DNA of 64,000 nt, taken from the NCBI GenBank assembly GCA_964016885.1, contig OZ024740.1, positions 51,956,001-52,020,000 on the forward strand, given 5' to 3'. The position numbers were made by a program, and so were the translations under genes. Below, in pieces: positions 27,011 through 39,920 of this stretch. The stretch is from Eledone cirrhosa. Taxonomy: Eukaryota. The notes under the pieces are model-generated. The model saw only the letters and a program-made list of their open reading frames with translations. It searched no databases and was not told the origin of the DNA. The first letter of the stretch is position 1, and each line of letters starts with the position of its first letter.

Positions 27011-27516
27011 GTGTATGTATGTATGTATGTATGTATGTATGTATGTATGTATGTATGTATGTATGTATGTATGTATGTATGTATGTATAAATGTGAAGCT
27101 CAAAGGAAAATGGAAATATGTTCATAAACATAATATGTTCTCACATATATTTCCAGGGTAATAAATATGACAAAATAATGAATTATTTGAATATAATAAT
27201 AACAGGGAAATTAGTTTCTACCTCATTTTATCTATAATCGAAATATTAACACCAACGAACGAAACATATTATGTTACTAGTCTCGAATTTACTCCTGATT
27301 CATGCGTCCGATACGTTGAATGGTATCAAACAGCAATTGTATGACAATGTTGAATTTGTTATTATCTTATCACTACATTTGTTATTATCTTATATACTAC
27401 AAACCTTTCTAATCTATCTTATATCATGTAAAATAAGTTATTACTGGCAGAATATATTTAATCGAGCCAATATAAAATATGTTCATGGATGGATCCAATA
27501 TGAATATAATTTAGTA

Positions 27517-27590
<74 letters not shown>

Positions 27591-27772
27591 ACGTACTCAC
27601 ACACAGACATTCATATTGAGACACATGATTATATATATACATATATATATAAAACCATACGTGTTATATGTACAATATGTTTGTATATATATATTTATAT
27701 ATATGTATACAGGTATATGTGTGTATGTATGTGTATGTATGAAAGCATGTATGTATGTATATATGTATGTGT

Positions 27773-28274
27773 GTGCTACTGGTAACATGTAACCCAGTAC
27801 AACCTGTCGCATGGTTGGGTCGTCGGCGACTAAACCGGCAACCCCACCAAGTTTACTTGGTGAGGAGGGGGATTTTAGTAACCCTGCAGGACAAAAATCA
27901 AAACCTGACAAAAGGCGTCAACGGCCATCGGAAAGTGTGTAAATATGTATATACACATGTACCGCGCGGTTAAACCACTGGAATTGAAGGACCCCTAGCT
28001 TTTGTCAGGGCATTCTTCTAGAAGAAGGCAACTCAGGAAACTGGGATAACTCCGACATAAAACCTGCGGCTCAGTAGTTACCGATGATGTTGATCTTTTC
28101 TTCTTTTCGGGTTATAGCTACTGTCGCTCAGAGAGTGGGATTGGCTCAGTGCACAGTCTTTCCACTTTAAAAAATATCTTCATGCACAGGCATTGCACGA
28201 TAGAATTAATTAATAATTATTAATAATGGTATATCGTGCAATGGCCATACTCGATAACGAGGGGGCAGCCATCA
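27773..28274 (+). mobile_element. RTE-related bipartite non-autonomous element, subfamily A
   Basis: Matches 55855-56472; hairpin-rich head; ends gcagccatca(TGTA)n. Confidence 0.72.
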
Positions 28275-28307
28275 TGTATGTATATATGTATGTATATATG
28301 TATATGT

Positions 28308-28914
28308 CAGGTCACCAGTTGGTGCTACTGGTAACATGTATCCCAATACAACCTGTCTCATGGTCGGGTCGTTGGCGACTAAACTGGCAACCCCACCAAG
28401 GTTTCTTGGTGAGGAGAGTGACTTTGGACATCCTGCAGAACTAAAAACAAAACCTGTCAAAGGGCAAAGGAGCTCTTAAGAGTCAATGGCCATCCAAAAT
28501 CACCGGGAGAGATGACCCCTTAGCCTTTGTCAAGGCAGAATTCTAGGAGAAGGAAAACTCTGATATAACACCTGCAACCCTGATGGTATCCAATGATGTT
28601 GACTTGTTCTTCTTTTTGGTAAATATCATCTTGGTTAAGAGAGTGGGACTGGCTTTGTGCAGTGCCTTTGCTCACTATAGAAGCTTCACGGCACAGGCAT
28701 TGCTTTATATCTGGAGATCTCTCTGCACTTGTCGTCACATGGTACCATGGGCCTAGCACTATGTGTCAATAATTGTCACAAGTGTAGTGTTTGTACCAGA
28801 GTTTTCAAGTCGCTGGCTGGACTAAAAAGTCACACTCGTTCAGCGCATCGGTAGGGTTTCTCCTACATGGATATAAAGTAGTGGCCGTATTCGAAAACGA
28901 GTTGGCAGCCACCA
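28308..28914 (+). mobile_element. RTE-related bipartite non-autonomous element, subfamily B
   Basis: Shares its head with subfamily A; tail encodes [25 protein letters not shown] (28777-28854), like the C-terminal C2H2 of RTE/BovB ORFs; (TGTA)n tail. Confidence 0.75.
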
Positions 28915-29078
28915 TGTATGTATGTATGTATGTATGTATGTATGTATGTATGTATGTATGTATGTATGTATGTATGTATGTATGTATGTATGTATGTATG
29001 TATGTATGTATGTACGTATGTATGTATATATGTATGTATATGTGTATAAATATATGTATGTATATATATATATGTATG

Positions 29079-29122
<44 letters not shown>

Positions 29123-29128
29123 CGTATG

Positions 29129-29173
<45 letters not shown>

Positions 29174-29305
29174 GTATGTATATATGTATGTATATGTATG
29201 GGCACATATCGTGCAATGGCCATACTCGATAACGAGGGGGCAGCCATTATGTATATATGTATGTATATATGAAAGTATGTATGTATGTAAGTATGTATGT
29301 ACGTA

Positions 29306-30482
29306 CAAGGGACATTCTAAACGTCCGTAGAAAATGTGTTTTATAGGAACACTATGAGCACATTTTTCTACTTGTTTACACCAACTTAAATATATACATA
29401 GGTGTTCTCACCTGTAATGTCCGAAAGAATTTGAAGCATTAAATTGAAATTTAGGCAATTTTTATATAACTACCTTAAAGCAACTTGTTTTTCTTTTTAT
29501 TTTTTTAATCAAAACTGAAGCAACAACCAACATAAATGTATTGCAAAAATTGGTTGGAAGAAAAAGGACATTGTTGAAGCTTTGAGAATTGTTTACTCCC
29601 TCGAAATGTTTTCTTCCTTGAAATGTTTACTCCCTTGAAATGTTTTCTCCCTTGAAATGTTTTCCCCCTTGAAATGTTTTCCCCCTTGAAATGTTTTTTC
29701 CCTTGAAATATTTAATCCCTTGAAATGTTTACTCCCTTGAAACGTTTACTCCCTTGAAATGTTTACTCCCTTGAAATGTTTACTCCCTTGAAATGTTTTC
29801 TCCCTTGAAATGTTTTCTCCCTTGAAATGTTTACTCCCTTGAAATGTATTCTCCCTTGAAATGTTTTCTCCCTTGAAATGTTTACTCCCTTGAAATGTTT
29901 TCTCCCTTGAAATGTTTACTATCTTGAAATGTTTATTCCCTTGAAATGTTTACTCCCTTGAAATGTTTACTCCCTTCAAATGTTTACTCCCTTCAAATGT
30001 TTTCTCCCTTGAAATGTTTACTCCCTTGAAATGTTTACTCCCTTGAAATGTTTACTCCCTTGAAATGTTTTCTCCCTTGAAATGTTTACTCCCTTGAAAT
30101 TTTTTCTCCCTTGAAATGCTTTCTCCCTTGAAATGTTTACTCCCTTGAAATGTTTTCTCCCTTGAAATGTTTTCTCCCTTGAAATGTTTTTTCAATGGAA
30201 ATATTTACTCCCTTGAAATGTTTACTCCCTTGAAACGTTTACTCCCTTGAAACGTTTACTCCCTTGAAATGTTTACTCCCTTGAAATGTTTACTCCCTTC
30301 AAATGTTTTCTCCCTTGAAATGTTTACTCCCTTGAAAAATCAACTGTTTACCAATGGATAACTCGTTTCAAAGAAAGACGAGACGGATTTAAAGATAACG
30401 GACTGGCCGGCAGACCATCAACAACAGTTTGTGAAGAAAAAAATCAATGCTGTTCGAGATTTAATTGATGGAGACCAACAAT
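29306..30482 (+). mobile_element. Mariner (Hsmar2-like) 5' remnant
   Basis: TA + TIR-like caagggacattctaaacgtccgtagaaaatg; degenerate transposase N-terminus KLVG..IVEALRIVY ... KSTVYQWITRFKERRDGFKD..LAGRPSTTVCEEK. Confidence 0.78.
29591..30337 (+). repeat. 17-bp minisatellite gttt(a/t)ctcccttgaaat, roughly 43-44 copies
   Basis: Directly visible tandem array. Confidence 0.97.
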
Positions 30483-30672
30483 TCTTGCACTTAATTCAGC
30501 CTCCTACTTTCAATCGCTCGTGAACTCAAGATACTTGAACTTTTCCACCTGCTTTAGCGGAACTTCATTGACATGTAGAGTGCACAGCACAGGCTTCCTT
30601 GAGAGGACGAGTGTCTCAGTCTTGGCAACATTGATTTGCATTCCTGCCGTGTAGCACTCGGCGTGCAACCTT
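30481..30672 (-). mobile_element. RTE LINE fragment
   Basis: Similar to 5090-5290. Confidence 0.75.
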
Positions 30673-30689
30673 TAATGCTTTTCAAAAAA

Positions 30690-31334
30690 TGTCTGACGCT
30701 TTTTCTAAGAGGAAGTGCTCTTATTGATATGAAATCAATGCGTATATCACTCCGAAGCCCAAAGGCTTTTAAGAACTACGGAATGACTAAGAGCTATTTC
30801 GAAGAGTGATTTACAAATATTTTTCGTCCTACTGTAGAACAGTACAGCGCCAGGTATAATATTTCAAACAAAGTACTTCTCATTTGAGACAATTCACCAA
30901 TTCACCCAGTGAACTTAGAGAGGCTGACCGCGCCGAAAACTAAAAATAAAATTACAATTTTATTTCTCGCCCTAGCGCAGCTGATACATAAATTTGCTGA
31001 TACATAAATCAGGCGAGAAATAAAATTCTAATTTTTATAACGACGTATTATCTTCGCTTTTTTTTCGTTCATTGCCAGGGAACGCCTTCACGAACCAAAG
31101 TATCGTCTTCCTGTTTTCCGTCGGTTGCAACGTTATTCGAAATATTTATTTCTGCGTTCACAGATTGATTTTTTTTAGTTTTAGAAGATCCCGTTAAGGG
31201 TGAAAGCAGCGATTCTTTGCTTAAACTTTAATCTGTTATTTTAATAAATATTTGCTCTAGGGTTCTTATATATTTGATATATATTTATCCTTATCGAGCC
31301 CTCTTTGGATTTTAGTCTTCAAATTTATTATTAT

Positions 31335-31339
<5 letters not shown>
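30690..31339 (+). mobile_element. Degenerate PLE 3' end with family B pLTR (HHR-like motif at 31177-31227)
   Basis: Remnant YGMTKSYFEE*FTN resembles GIY-YIG; 31049-31339 duplicates 9519-9808. Confidence 0.65.
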
Positions 31340-31403
<64 letters not shown>

Positions 31404-31949
31404 CATATATATCATTGCAAATAATATCATTTAAAATCTTCTAGTTCAAGTTTCACAAAAGGTATTTTCGTATAAGTGTGAATTACTCTATGAGGTAGTG
31501 GAGAGCATTACGAGGGAATGAAACCTGTGTAAGGGAAAGAACTTGGTACGAAGACATGGTGCAGAGTGGTGGAGATCCTTTTAAGGAAGTTAATCTTCAA
31601 AATGAAGAGGAAAAAAGGACCGTAATGGTTGGCGATATACTGTGCTACAGGAGACACAACCAACGACGGAGGCATGGCGAAACTAACGTTAAAAGCTTGC
31701 TAATGTTGGAGACTGGACAGTATATCTAGATTTGTGTATCTCAAAATGTCATTCTTAAATTTCCATATGCTGCTTCGACCTCCGTCATTCTCATCCCATT
31801 CCCTTTGATTTCTCTCATTGTCTCTCATATTCGGTGTACCATACTGCTCACCTAAACTGGAATTGCATTGAATTTTCTCGAGCTTTTCCTCTTTCAGACG
31901 ATTACCCATCTACTCTCCTATTCACTGCCCCACACTACCAACGTAACAA

Positions 31950-32138
31950 TGGATTAGCAGTATCGGTAGAGGGTCGGACGGCATGCTTTGCAGCATAGAG
32001 TTACAGCCCTTTATGATCTTTATGAGTTCAAATCTCGTCGAGGTAAACTTTGCCTTTCATCCTTACGGTGTCGATAAAATAAAGTACCAGTAATGCACTG
32101 GGATAATTGCTGGCCTTGCGTCAAAAGTAGAAACAATT
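31950..32138 (+). mobile_element. tRNA-derived SINE (dominant family)
   Basis: Matches 18833-19003. Confidence 0.85.
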
Positions 32139-32526
32139 ATTCTTTAGCTCTGTCTGTATTCCTTCATTTCGCCTGAGGACATTGATGGCAGATATTCCTT
32201 GCACTTATGCAAGATTGTCAGACCAAGAAACCTAAGGTCACGCAATGAATTTTCGTGTATACGCATCATAATACATACATACATACACACATAAATACTC
32301 TTGTAAAAATATGTGTAAGGTAAATAAGATGTCTTAACTCATCACTTTGGATATCTATCCATTATTACCTATGTGCTCTGTACCTCCTCATTGATACAAC
32401 CTATCGGATTTGTTTATTGAAGTTTGATTGCGAAGAAGCGATTCAACTGTTTTTGCTGAATCAAACTTCATTGAGCTCGAAACTTAGTTGGTATAACTTA
32501 CTTCACATGAAGCTATTACCCTTGTT

Positions 32527-32561
<35 letters not shown>

Positions 32562-32650
32562 CATACACACACGCAAACACGCGCGCACACACACGCGCGC
32601 GCGCGCACACACACACACACACACACGCTCGCACACACACACGCACACAC

Positions 32651-32692
<42 letters not shown>

Positions 32693-32693
32693 G

Positions 32694-32742
<49 letters not shown>

Positions 32743-34591
32743 ATATATATATCATGCCAGCGTGGAAAAATGGACGTTAAACTATGATGATGATGATGAT
32801 GCTGATGATATACATACATAAATAACATCTTCAAATAATTTGCATATATATTTCGACTCTTAAATAGATATACACAAAACAAGAAAGATTTTGCTTATAT
32901 GCTCATAATGATTTATCTTTATATTGATATCTTGTTTATTTAAATTCCACGAATACGCATCAAAAATATTTCCATACTGAGTACATGTTAATACCAGAGC
33001 AGCAAAAGGCTGGGATAGATTTCGTTAATTTCTCCCAGTTTGAAAAGTTAATTTTCTTGATTCCACTGAGAGCTTGGATATGTTTCCTCATGATGATTAT
33101 CAATATTCTATAGAGAAATGTCAGTTCATTCTTGTATGATTCTGTTAGAATGGTCAGCTATTATCAGTAGCGTGTTGGCTAAAAAACAAAACGAGCAAAA
33201 GAAAGAGAAATTTATATGAGAATGGTTAGATTTAATTTAACAAGAATAAAATAAATCAATTCAGTGTTTGTTGAGAATAACGATTTTGAGAAATTCAATG
33301 TTGATCGTCGAACAACAACATGAATTAGTATTTAAATAATGTTGACTCTCTCTCTCTTTCTGTCTCTCCCTCCTCTCTTTCTCTCTCTCTCTCACACACA
33401 CTCTCTCTCTGTTGTTTCACAATCTAGTATTTAAAGTCTATTTAGTCTATTTATAAAGATGATATCCACGAGAAAGATGTTTAGGAACAACAGTAATTAC
33501 TTAAAATTCTGGAATAACATATCTTACACAAAATATTTATCGTGTTTATCGACACTAGAAGGCAAGTTTTATCTATTAATAAGAATTACGCCGTCATTAC
33601 ACCACTTCATTCCCCTGAAGAAATATAATTGAGTGCAAAGGTTATAGAATTTATTACATACAGAGTCCATACACTAAACATTGGCAAAAACACAAGAAAG
33701 CTTGGCTTTCAAGTCTTAGAGACGCAATGAGGTGCAAAGGAAACTATAGTCAAGAAACAAGAACTTCGAATAGTCGTTTACTCCATAGAATGTCCTGTGA
33801 AATAAGTACCATATAGAATAAGGTTCTGATATCTGGGATGGCTCATGTCTTTGGATGTCGAACGCAAAAGACTGGCATTTCGTCCGATGCTCTAACAATC
33901 CTGTCAAACCATCGTCCTTGATTTGTACATTATTTTATTCACTTCTTTTACTAATATATATTTTCACTGGTTTCAGTTATTGGTCTGAGGCCATTCTGGT
34001 GCATCGACCACAGAATTTATTTGATTAATGTTTGGTACTTATTTCATCAATCTCTATTTCTCGAACTGCTTACTTACAGGATCTAATCTAACAGCGTAGA
34101 TAAACATATACGCATGTGCATACATACTTACATCCACACATGCACACACACATGCACACATACACACACACACACACACACTCACATTTATACATGTTTG
34201 TAAAAACCGCTGATTGCTTTAACCCGTAAACAAAACATTCAGAAAACACCATAAACGTGAACTCATAAGCCCCCGCTAAACCAGATCTCTACTAAATGGG
34301 CAAGATAGGCGTTATCAAGCTAGAGCTGTCATTATTTATTTTAGTGTTTATTTATGAGTGTTGTGTTTGCATCAACTCAATCAAAAACTATGTGGCATAT
34401 CAACAACTTTATTTAATTTCTGTTATAGACGTTCGTATATAATTATTCTTATTCAACTCTCTGATGATGTCATGTCAGCTCTTGCCCTTGTTAATTCCTC
34501 AACTACAATGCGCTAGCGTTGCGGAAATGTGCATAACGTAATAAATATAGTTAGGTAATTACACAAACAAGTTTAAACATTTATTCCTATA

Positions 34592-34760
34592 TGAGGGTCG
34601 ACTGAAAAGTTTATAGACTGACTATGCTAGTGGTGCTAGAGCTGTGAAACCTCGCATACATCGCATTGTTTCTTTACAGGGACTATATTGAAAAAGAAAG
34701 CTCATTTGGTCATTCCATGTGAGTATCTTGATCAGCTTATGAACTTTTCACAGAACCGCG
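34592..34760. mobile_element. Mariner-type MITE
   Basis: TA-tgagggtcgactgaaaagtttatag ... cttatgaacttttcacagaaccgcg-TA imperfect TIRs. Confidence 0.6.
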
Positions 34761-34827
34761 TATATATACATACATATATATATATATACATACATACGTA
34801 TACACATACATACATACATACATACAT

Positions 34828-34879
<52 letters not shown>

Positions 34880-34880
34880 G

Positions 34881-34920
<40 letters not shown>

Positions 34921-34927
<7 letters not shown>

Positions 34928-35275
34928 GTGAGGTTTTTTTTTACAAAATGAAAAATAACCGAGGTGTCCTACACGAGTGGAAGTATAAAGAAAAAGGGAT
35001 GAAATCGAAAATGCAACTGAAGTCTTATTTTTTTTAAAATATATATATTTATTTGGTTCCTTTACCGGTTTCGCAGTTCTTCTGCTTTTCAAAAGGTGAG
35101 TTGAGATGGAGGGTCTGTGGTTTTTCTCACATCTGAGAAAAACCACAGACCCTCCATCTCAACTCACCTTTTGAAAAGCAGAAGAACTGCGAAACCGGTA
35201 AAGGAACCAAATAAATATATATATTTAAAAAAAAATAAGACTTCAGTTGCATTTTCGATTTCATCCCTTTTTCTT

Positions 35276-35279
<4 letters not shown>
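34921..35279. mobile_element. Fold-back pLTR-like insertion, family E
   Basis: Arms 34984-35129 and 35134-35279, 4-nt loop, 63-bp unpaired tail, (TA)n flanks. Confidence 0.8.
35167..35204 (+). ncRNA. Minimal hammerhead with U3-A8 compensatory core, family E (inverted copy at 35059-35096)
   Basis: cctt TTGAAAA gcag-aagaa-ctgc GAAA ccgg TA aagg; palindromic ACCGGT stem III. Confidence 0.78.
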
Positions 35280-35308
<29 letters not shown>

Positions 35309-35384
35309 ATGTATATACGTATGTATGTATATATATATATATAAGTATATATATATATATATAATTATTAAAATAACAAATTAA

Positions 35385-35431
35385 AGTTTAAGCAAAGAAT
35401 CGCTGCTTTCACCCTTAACGGGATCTTCTGA

Positions 35432-35435
<4 letters not shown>
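35385..35435 (-). ncRNA. Hammerhead-like motif, family B (near-solo insertion)
   Basis: Reverse complement of 9646-9696 within an ~80-bp insert between (TA)n. Confidence 0.6.
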
Positions 35436-35473
<38 letters not shown>

Positions 35474-35474
<1 letters not shown>

Positions 35475-36295
35475 AGTGGTTACACAACAGTTCACCATAC
35501 CGAGAACAATTGTTTTACCTTCGCGGATCTTCAGCTCGGGATGTGTATGTTTATAGGAACAGGAAGGGCAACCGTACGAACGCGCATGCGCAGAAGCTCG
35601 GTCACTTCACACAGGCAATACTAGACTGCCTGCGGGAGGTGTAAGGGAGATAACTGCGAAAGTCCGGAAAGTTTTTAGATTGAAAATAAAATAAAAAGAA
35701 TTAAAAATAAAATTACAAAGAATCAGTCCGGAGCCTTGTAGTTATACAATAGATGTTTGGTGACGTGTAGACAACGTGTGAAAAATTTACTTCTCGTGTT
35801 TAGGCAATCACTATTGCGTAATCTCTTTAGGATAGTTATTCGTTCGTCAATACATAAGCCACACGTCGGATTTCCCCTTGCGTATGGCTTGGACTTAACA
35901 CGAGGAGTGAATTTTTCACACGTTGTCCACACGTCACCAAACATCTGTTGCATAACTACAAGGCACCGGACTGATTCTTTGTAATTTTATTTTTAATTCT
36001 TTTTATTTTATTTTCAACCTAAAAACTTTCCGGACTTTCGCAGTTATCTCCTTTACACCTCCCGCACGCAGCCTAGTATTGCCTGTGTGAAGTGACCGAG
36101 TTCCTGCGCATGCGCGTTCGTACGGTTGTCCTTCCTGTTCTTATAAACATACACATCCCGAGCTGAAGATCCGCGAAGGTAAAACAATTGTTCTCGGTAT
36201 GGTGAACTAATTATTGTGTAACCACATCTACCTAACTCGTCCCTTGGACTGAGTGCTCTACCACTACGGATATTACCTTCCAGTGTTCCACCACT
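35474..36295. mobile_element. Penelope-like inverted pLTR pair, family F, with GIY-YIG C-terminus
   Basis: Minus arm 35475-35897 (KSKPYARGNPTCGLCIDER...LNTRSKFFTRCLH); plus arm 35898-36226 with tail to 36295. Confidence 0.88.
36158..36197 (+). ncRNA. Hammerhead-like motif, family F, G12A variant (inverted copy at 35500-35539)
   Basis: ccgag CTGAAGA t-cc-gcgaa-gg-t AAAA caattg TT ctcgg; palindromic ACAATTGT stem III. Confidence 0.65.
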
Positions 36296-36300
36296 ATATA

Positions 36301-36340
<40 letters not shown>

Positions 36341-36802
36341 AAACTGGTATAAATGTTGTAACACCGGATGTCAATGTTTAAATCTCTGGTGAAATATTTT
36401 AAGAGGTTTCATGAATTATGTGTGCGTATGTATGCGTGTATGCGTGTGTATTTGTGTAAATACAAGTGTGTCTGTATGTAGGTCTTAAATTTCATCTCTC
36501 ACAATACGTTATCTTATGTGTGTGTATGTGTGTTTTTGTATGTATATGGGTGTGTTTGCATCTCAAGTGGCCAATAGTGTGTATCTGCTAAGAACAAGAG
36601 AGGAAATAAAGCGACTTTTATGACGTACCTCGTCTGAATAATTTCTGCGGTTATAGTACGGATCCCTGGCTTCCCCTTTAGTAAGGAGATAATTCAGTAA
36701 GAGATCACGACTGCTGTGTTCAAAATCGCCAACATCTCTAAAAAGACAGATAGAATGAAATTTATATTTAGTACAGATTAAAGAACGTCTTGTTATAATG
36801 GT

Positions 36803-36940
36803 TTCTTATATAGGCACAAGACCATTAATTTTAGGGGAGGGGAAAGTCAATTAAATCGACCCCAGTGCGTGACTGGTACTTTATTTTATCAGCCTCGTAA
36901 GGATGAAAGGAAAAGTTAACCTCGGCGGGATTTGAACTCA
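36803..36940 (-). mobile_element. SINE 3' fragment (dominant family)
   Basis: Reverse complement of the SINE body and tail. Confidence 0.82.
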
Positions 36941-37062
36941 CGTCTTGTTATAATAAAATGCAGATAATTAATTCAGTAATGACAATGTTAAAATGATTAA
37001 TGGTGATTAATCTCTCTCTCTCTCCCTCTCCCTCTCTCTCTCTTCCCCCCCCCCCCTCTTTC

Positions 37063-37480
37063 TTTATTTTGTTTGGTAGGTCCGGAGGAAAGGCCCCTCC
37101 GAGACCGGCAAGATCGATGTCATAGTTGTTCAGTTTAAATTATTGCAAGTCCACTCCTTTGAGAAAGACAATAGTAGAGAGGGAGTTCCACAGGCCTACG
37201 TTACGGGCAGGAAGAACTGGGCGTAGAAGCTAGTGAGAATTCTGCGGTTCATGAAAGGAAGTGGGAAGACAACAGAGTCGAGAGTGCTTGGGTGACAATG
37301 GCATGTGTGCAGCAAACTCCGAGCCCATTGTAATAACGGTAGAAGAGGTCTGTGATACAGAAGCTAGAGTGCATCAGACTGGGTTATTTCTAGACTTGGT
37401 CAAGGATGCCACCGTGAGCTACAGAAGCACAGCTGTAGCTGAGGGAGTAGGGCTCCAATGTGTATCTCACCCAAAATTTG
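37063..37480 (-). mobile_element. Degenerate CR1-group LINE 3' end
   Basis: Remnant ..FFLP...LWNSL..IVF...DLQ.FK; 3' UTR resembles 45410-45478. Confidence 0.55.
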
Positions 37481-37741
37481 TGACGCGTCGTTAGTTGTTA
37501 GGGGCTGAAGTATTTTCCGATCCCGAAGAGAAGGGCGAGTGGATAGGATGTGAAGCTAGCTATGTTGAGGATGTATGTATTCCAAGAGAGATCCATTCCA
37601 AATGATTGTGAGGGCGCTAATCACGTGCTATATATAGTTGGCGCTAATCACGTGCTATATACAGGATGGCGTCACTTTGAGATGAGTAGTGCATGCGTTT
37701 TTTAATTTTTTTGCTGTTGAAAGAGATGGGATGGGTATTAT

Positions 37742-38116
37742 CTTCTCGTGTTTAGGCAATCACTATTGCGTAATCTCTTTAGAATAGTTATTCGTTCGTC
37801 AATACATAAGCCACACGTCGGATTTCCCCTTGCGTATGGCTTGGACTTAGTGATGGCTCTCCATTGAATGGAGAAGCCTATACTTGAGTCCTTGAGGGAC
37901 CATACGTGGCTCGCGAGTTTCGTGGATGAACGTCCGTCCGGGTATATGAAGGTAGACTGGTTGTTCAGGAAACGTTCCTTGAATCGGCCCTCCGCCATGC
38001 CCACATTGGATTTGACCTCCTGTGGTTCGTTTGTTCGGTTGGAAGTGACCACAGCTTCATAGATTACAGCTGGTGTGTTGCATTACTGTTGAAGGGGGCA
38101 AGCGTCAGGTTTACGG

Positions 38117-38117
<1 letters not shown>
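37742..38117 (-). mobile_element. Penelope-like GIY-YIG fragment (family F)
   Basis: ORF 37738-38052: VGMAEGRFKERF...WSLKD...CGLCIDER. Confidence 0.85.
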
Positions 38118-38183
<66 letters not shown>

Positions 38184-39348
38184 ACGAGAGAGAGAAGTAG
38201 CTTAATCGCCGACGATACAACAGGTTGTCATGTTACGAGTAGTGCTCAAATGCAATCTAGCATTTTACCACACAAACACACACACGCACATACATATATA
38301 CTGTTAAATGTCTCGTCATTCTTCTCAGTAATAGTAACATGTAACCCAGTACAACTTGTTGCGTAGTCAGCTCCACAAAGCCTTTTCAAGGAGGAGGGTT
38401 ATTTTTGGACAGACTCGTGAAAGGACAGAGTAACTAATATAAATAAAGAACCATACAATAGTGTATATAGATTCTTGAGCATATATATATATGTGTATTT
38501 ACATATTTATAAAAATACACATGAAACCTGCGGTGTCTGTAGTTTCTGGCGATCTTGACGCTAGCTTAAAGGCTTCAAACGTTTAGAGATATGTCACACA
38601 AACGTTTGTCACGATAAAATCTGATATGCAGGCACATTTTGTGCCCACATATTTTATCTCTTTTTATCATCCGGCACCCAATCCAACGCAAGTCAGAATA
38701 AGATCTTCTTGGAGCTATATTCAAACGGTGGACTTCCGTTGCACATACGTCTACGATAATGAAATAACATCACTTCTGTAGTTTCTAAAGTAGATGTAAT
38801 ATGCTAATGGGGTGGGGTTCTGGTCTTTCCATGAGATTGTATATTTTGATCACCTTGAGAGATCATAATGGGAAAGAGCCGCATCTTTCAATGGAAGGAC
38901 GAGGGAGTGTAAAATGTAATATTCGATAACAAATCAACTTCTGTCCTACTTCCTTTGTAATGTAACATTTAAGTTTAATTTTACCATAAAAATTTTAAAC
39001 GAAACATTAATTAATCTGGGATCGTCTCAGTCACCATGGAAGTACTCTGTATGAGACTGGCTGTGTTAACAGCATTGAGGTTATTTAACCGCTGTATATC
39101 GTTTTGCAAGATCCTTGATAATCGTGAGTTGAAACAGATATTGTTATACTTGAGGAAGGTCATGCTGCTAATAAAACCCACTCTCCAAGTGAGTTTCTCG
39201 CCAGTTTTATTGTTAGTCAGATAACCAATATATTCATCTCTTAGTTTAATAATCGGATAGTAAATTGTCAAAGCTCATTTGCCACACATTCTATGACCTC
39301 CTCGATAAATATTATTACTCCTCTCTGTCTCCTTTTCATTTTGATTTC

Positions 39349-39393
<45 letters not shown>

Positions 39394-39920
39394 GTCTGAA
39401 TGTGTGCATGCGTGTGTATGTATGTATGTGTGGTATGCGCATGCGCGCGTGTCCTAATGTCCGAGCATGCTTGCTTGTATGTGTATTTGTATACTGTTAC
39501 CCACACAAGTTTCTGTGTTTGGCATGTGCACATATATATGTATGTTTGTGTGTGTCTTTACATTGTGTTTTTTTCACCCAAGTTTTTTTTTTGTTGGCTT
39601 GTCTGTTATCTTTATTTGCATACATACTGCATTTATGTATGCTCTGGTAAATTTTTCTCTAGCCTTCGTGTATCTTTAGGTATGTGCATGTGTATATGTA
39701 GGCACTCGTTCGCATCTCTACACTTGTCCCCATGTCTGTCTGTATGTCTATTCTTAGGTGTCATATCTTTTTCACCCGTCACTAGATAGTTACTATCATA
39801 TTCCTGTTTTCTATTGAGGGTGGGTTATGTCTGTATTTGCACTCCACTGCATTTATTTCTATCTGTTATTATATCTCTGTCGGTGAGAGATTATATTTCT
39901 ATCTGTTATTATATCAAGGG

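Noticed and set aside
38520-39300. Possible ancient PLE remnant or host exon (also 58655-58951 and 31430-31720 as old retroelement remnants)
   Set aside because: Only vague motif resemblance; too degenerate to call without a profile search
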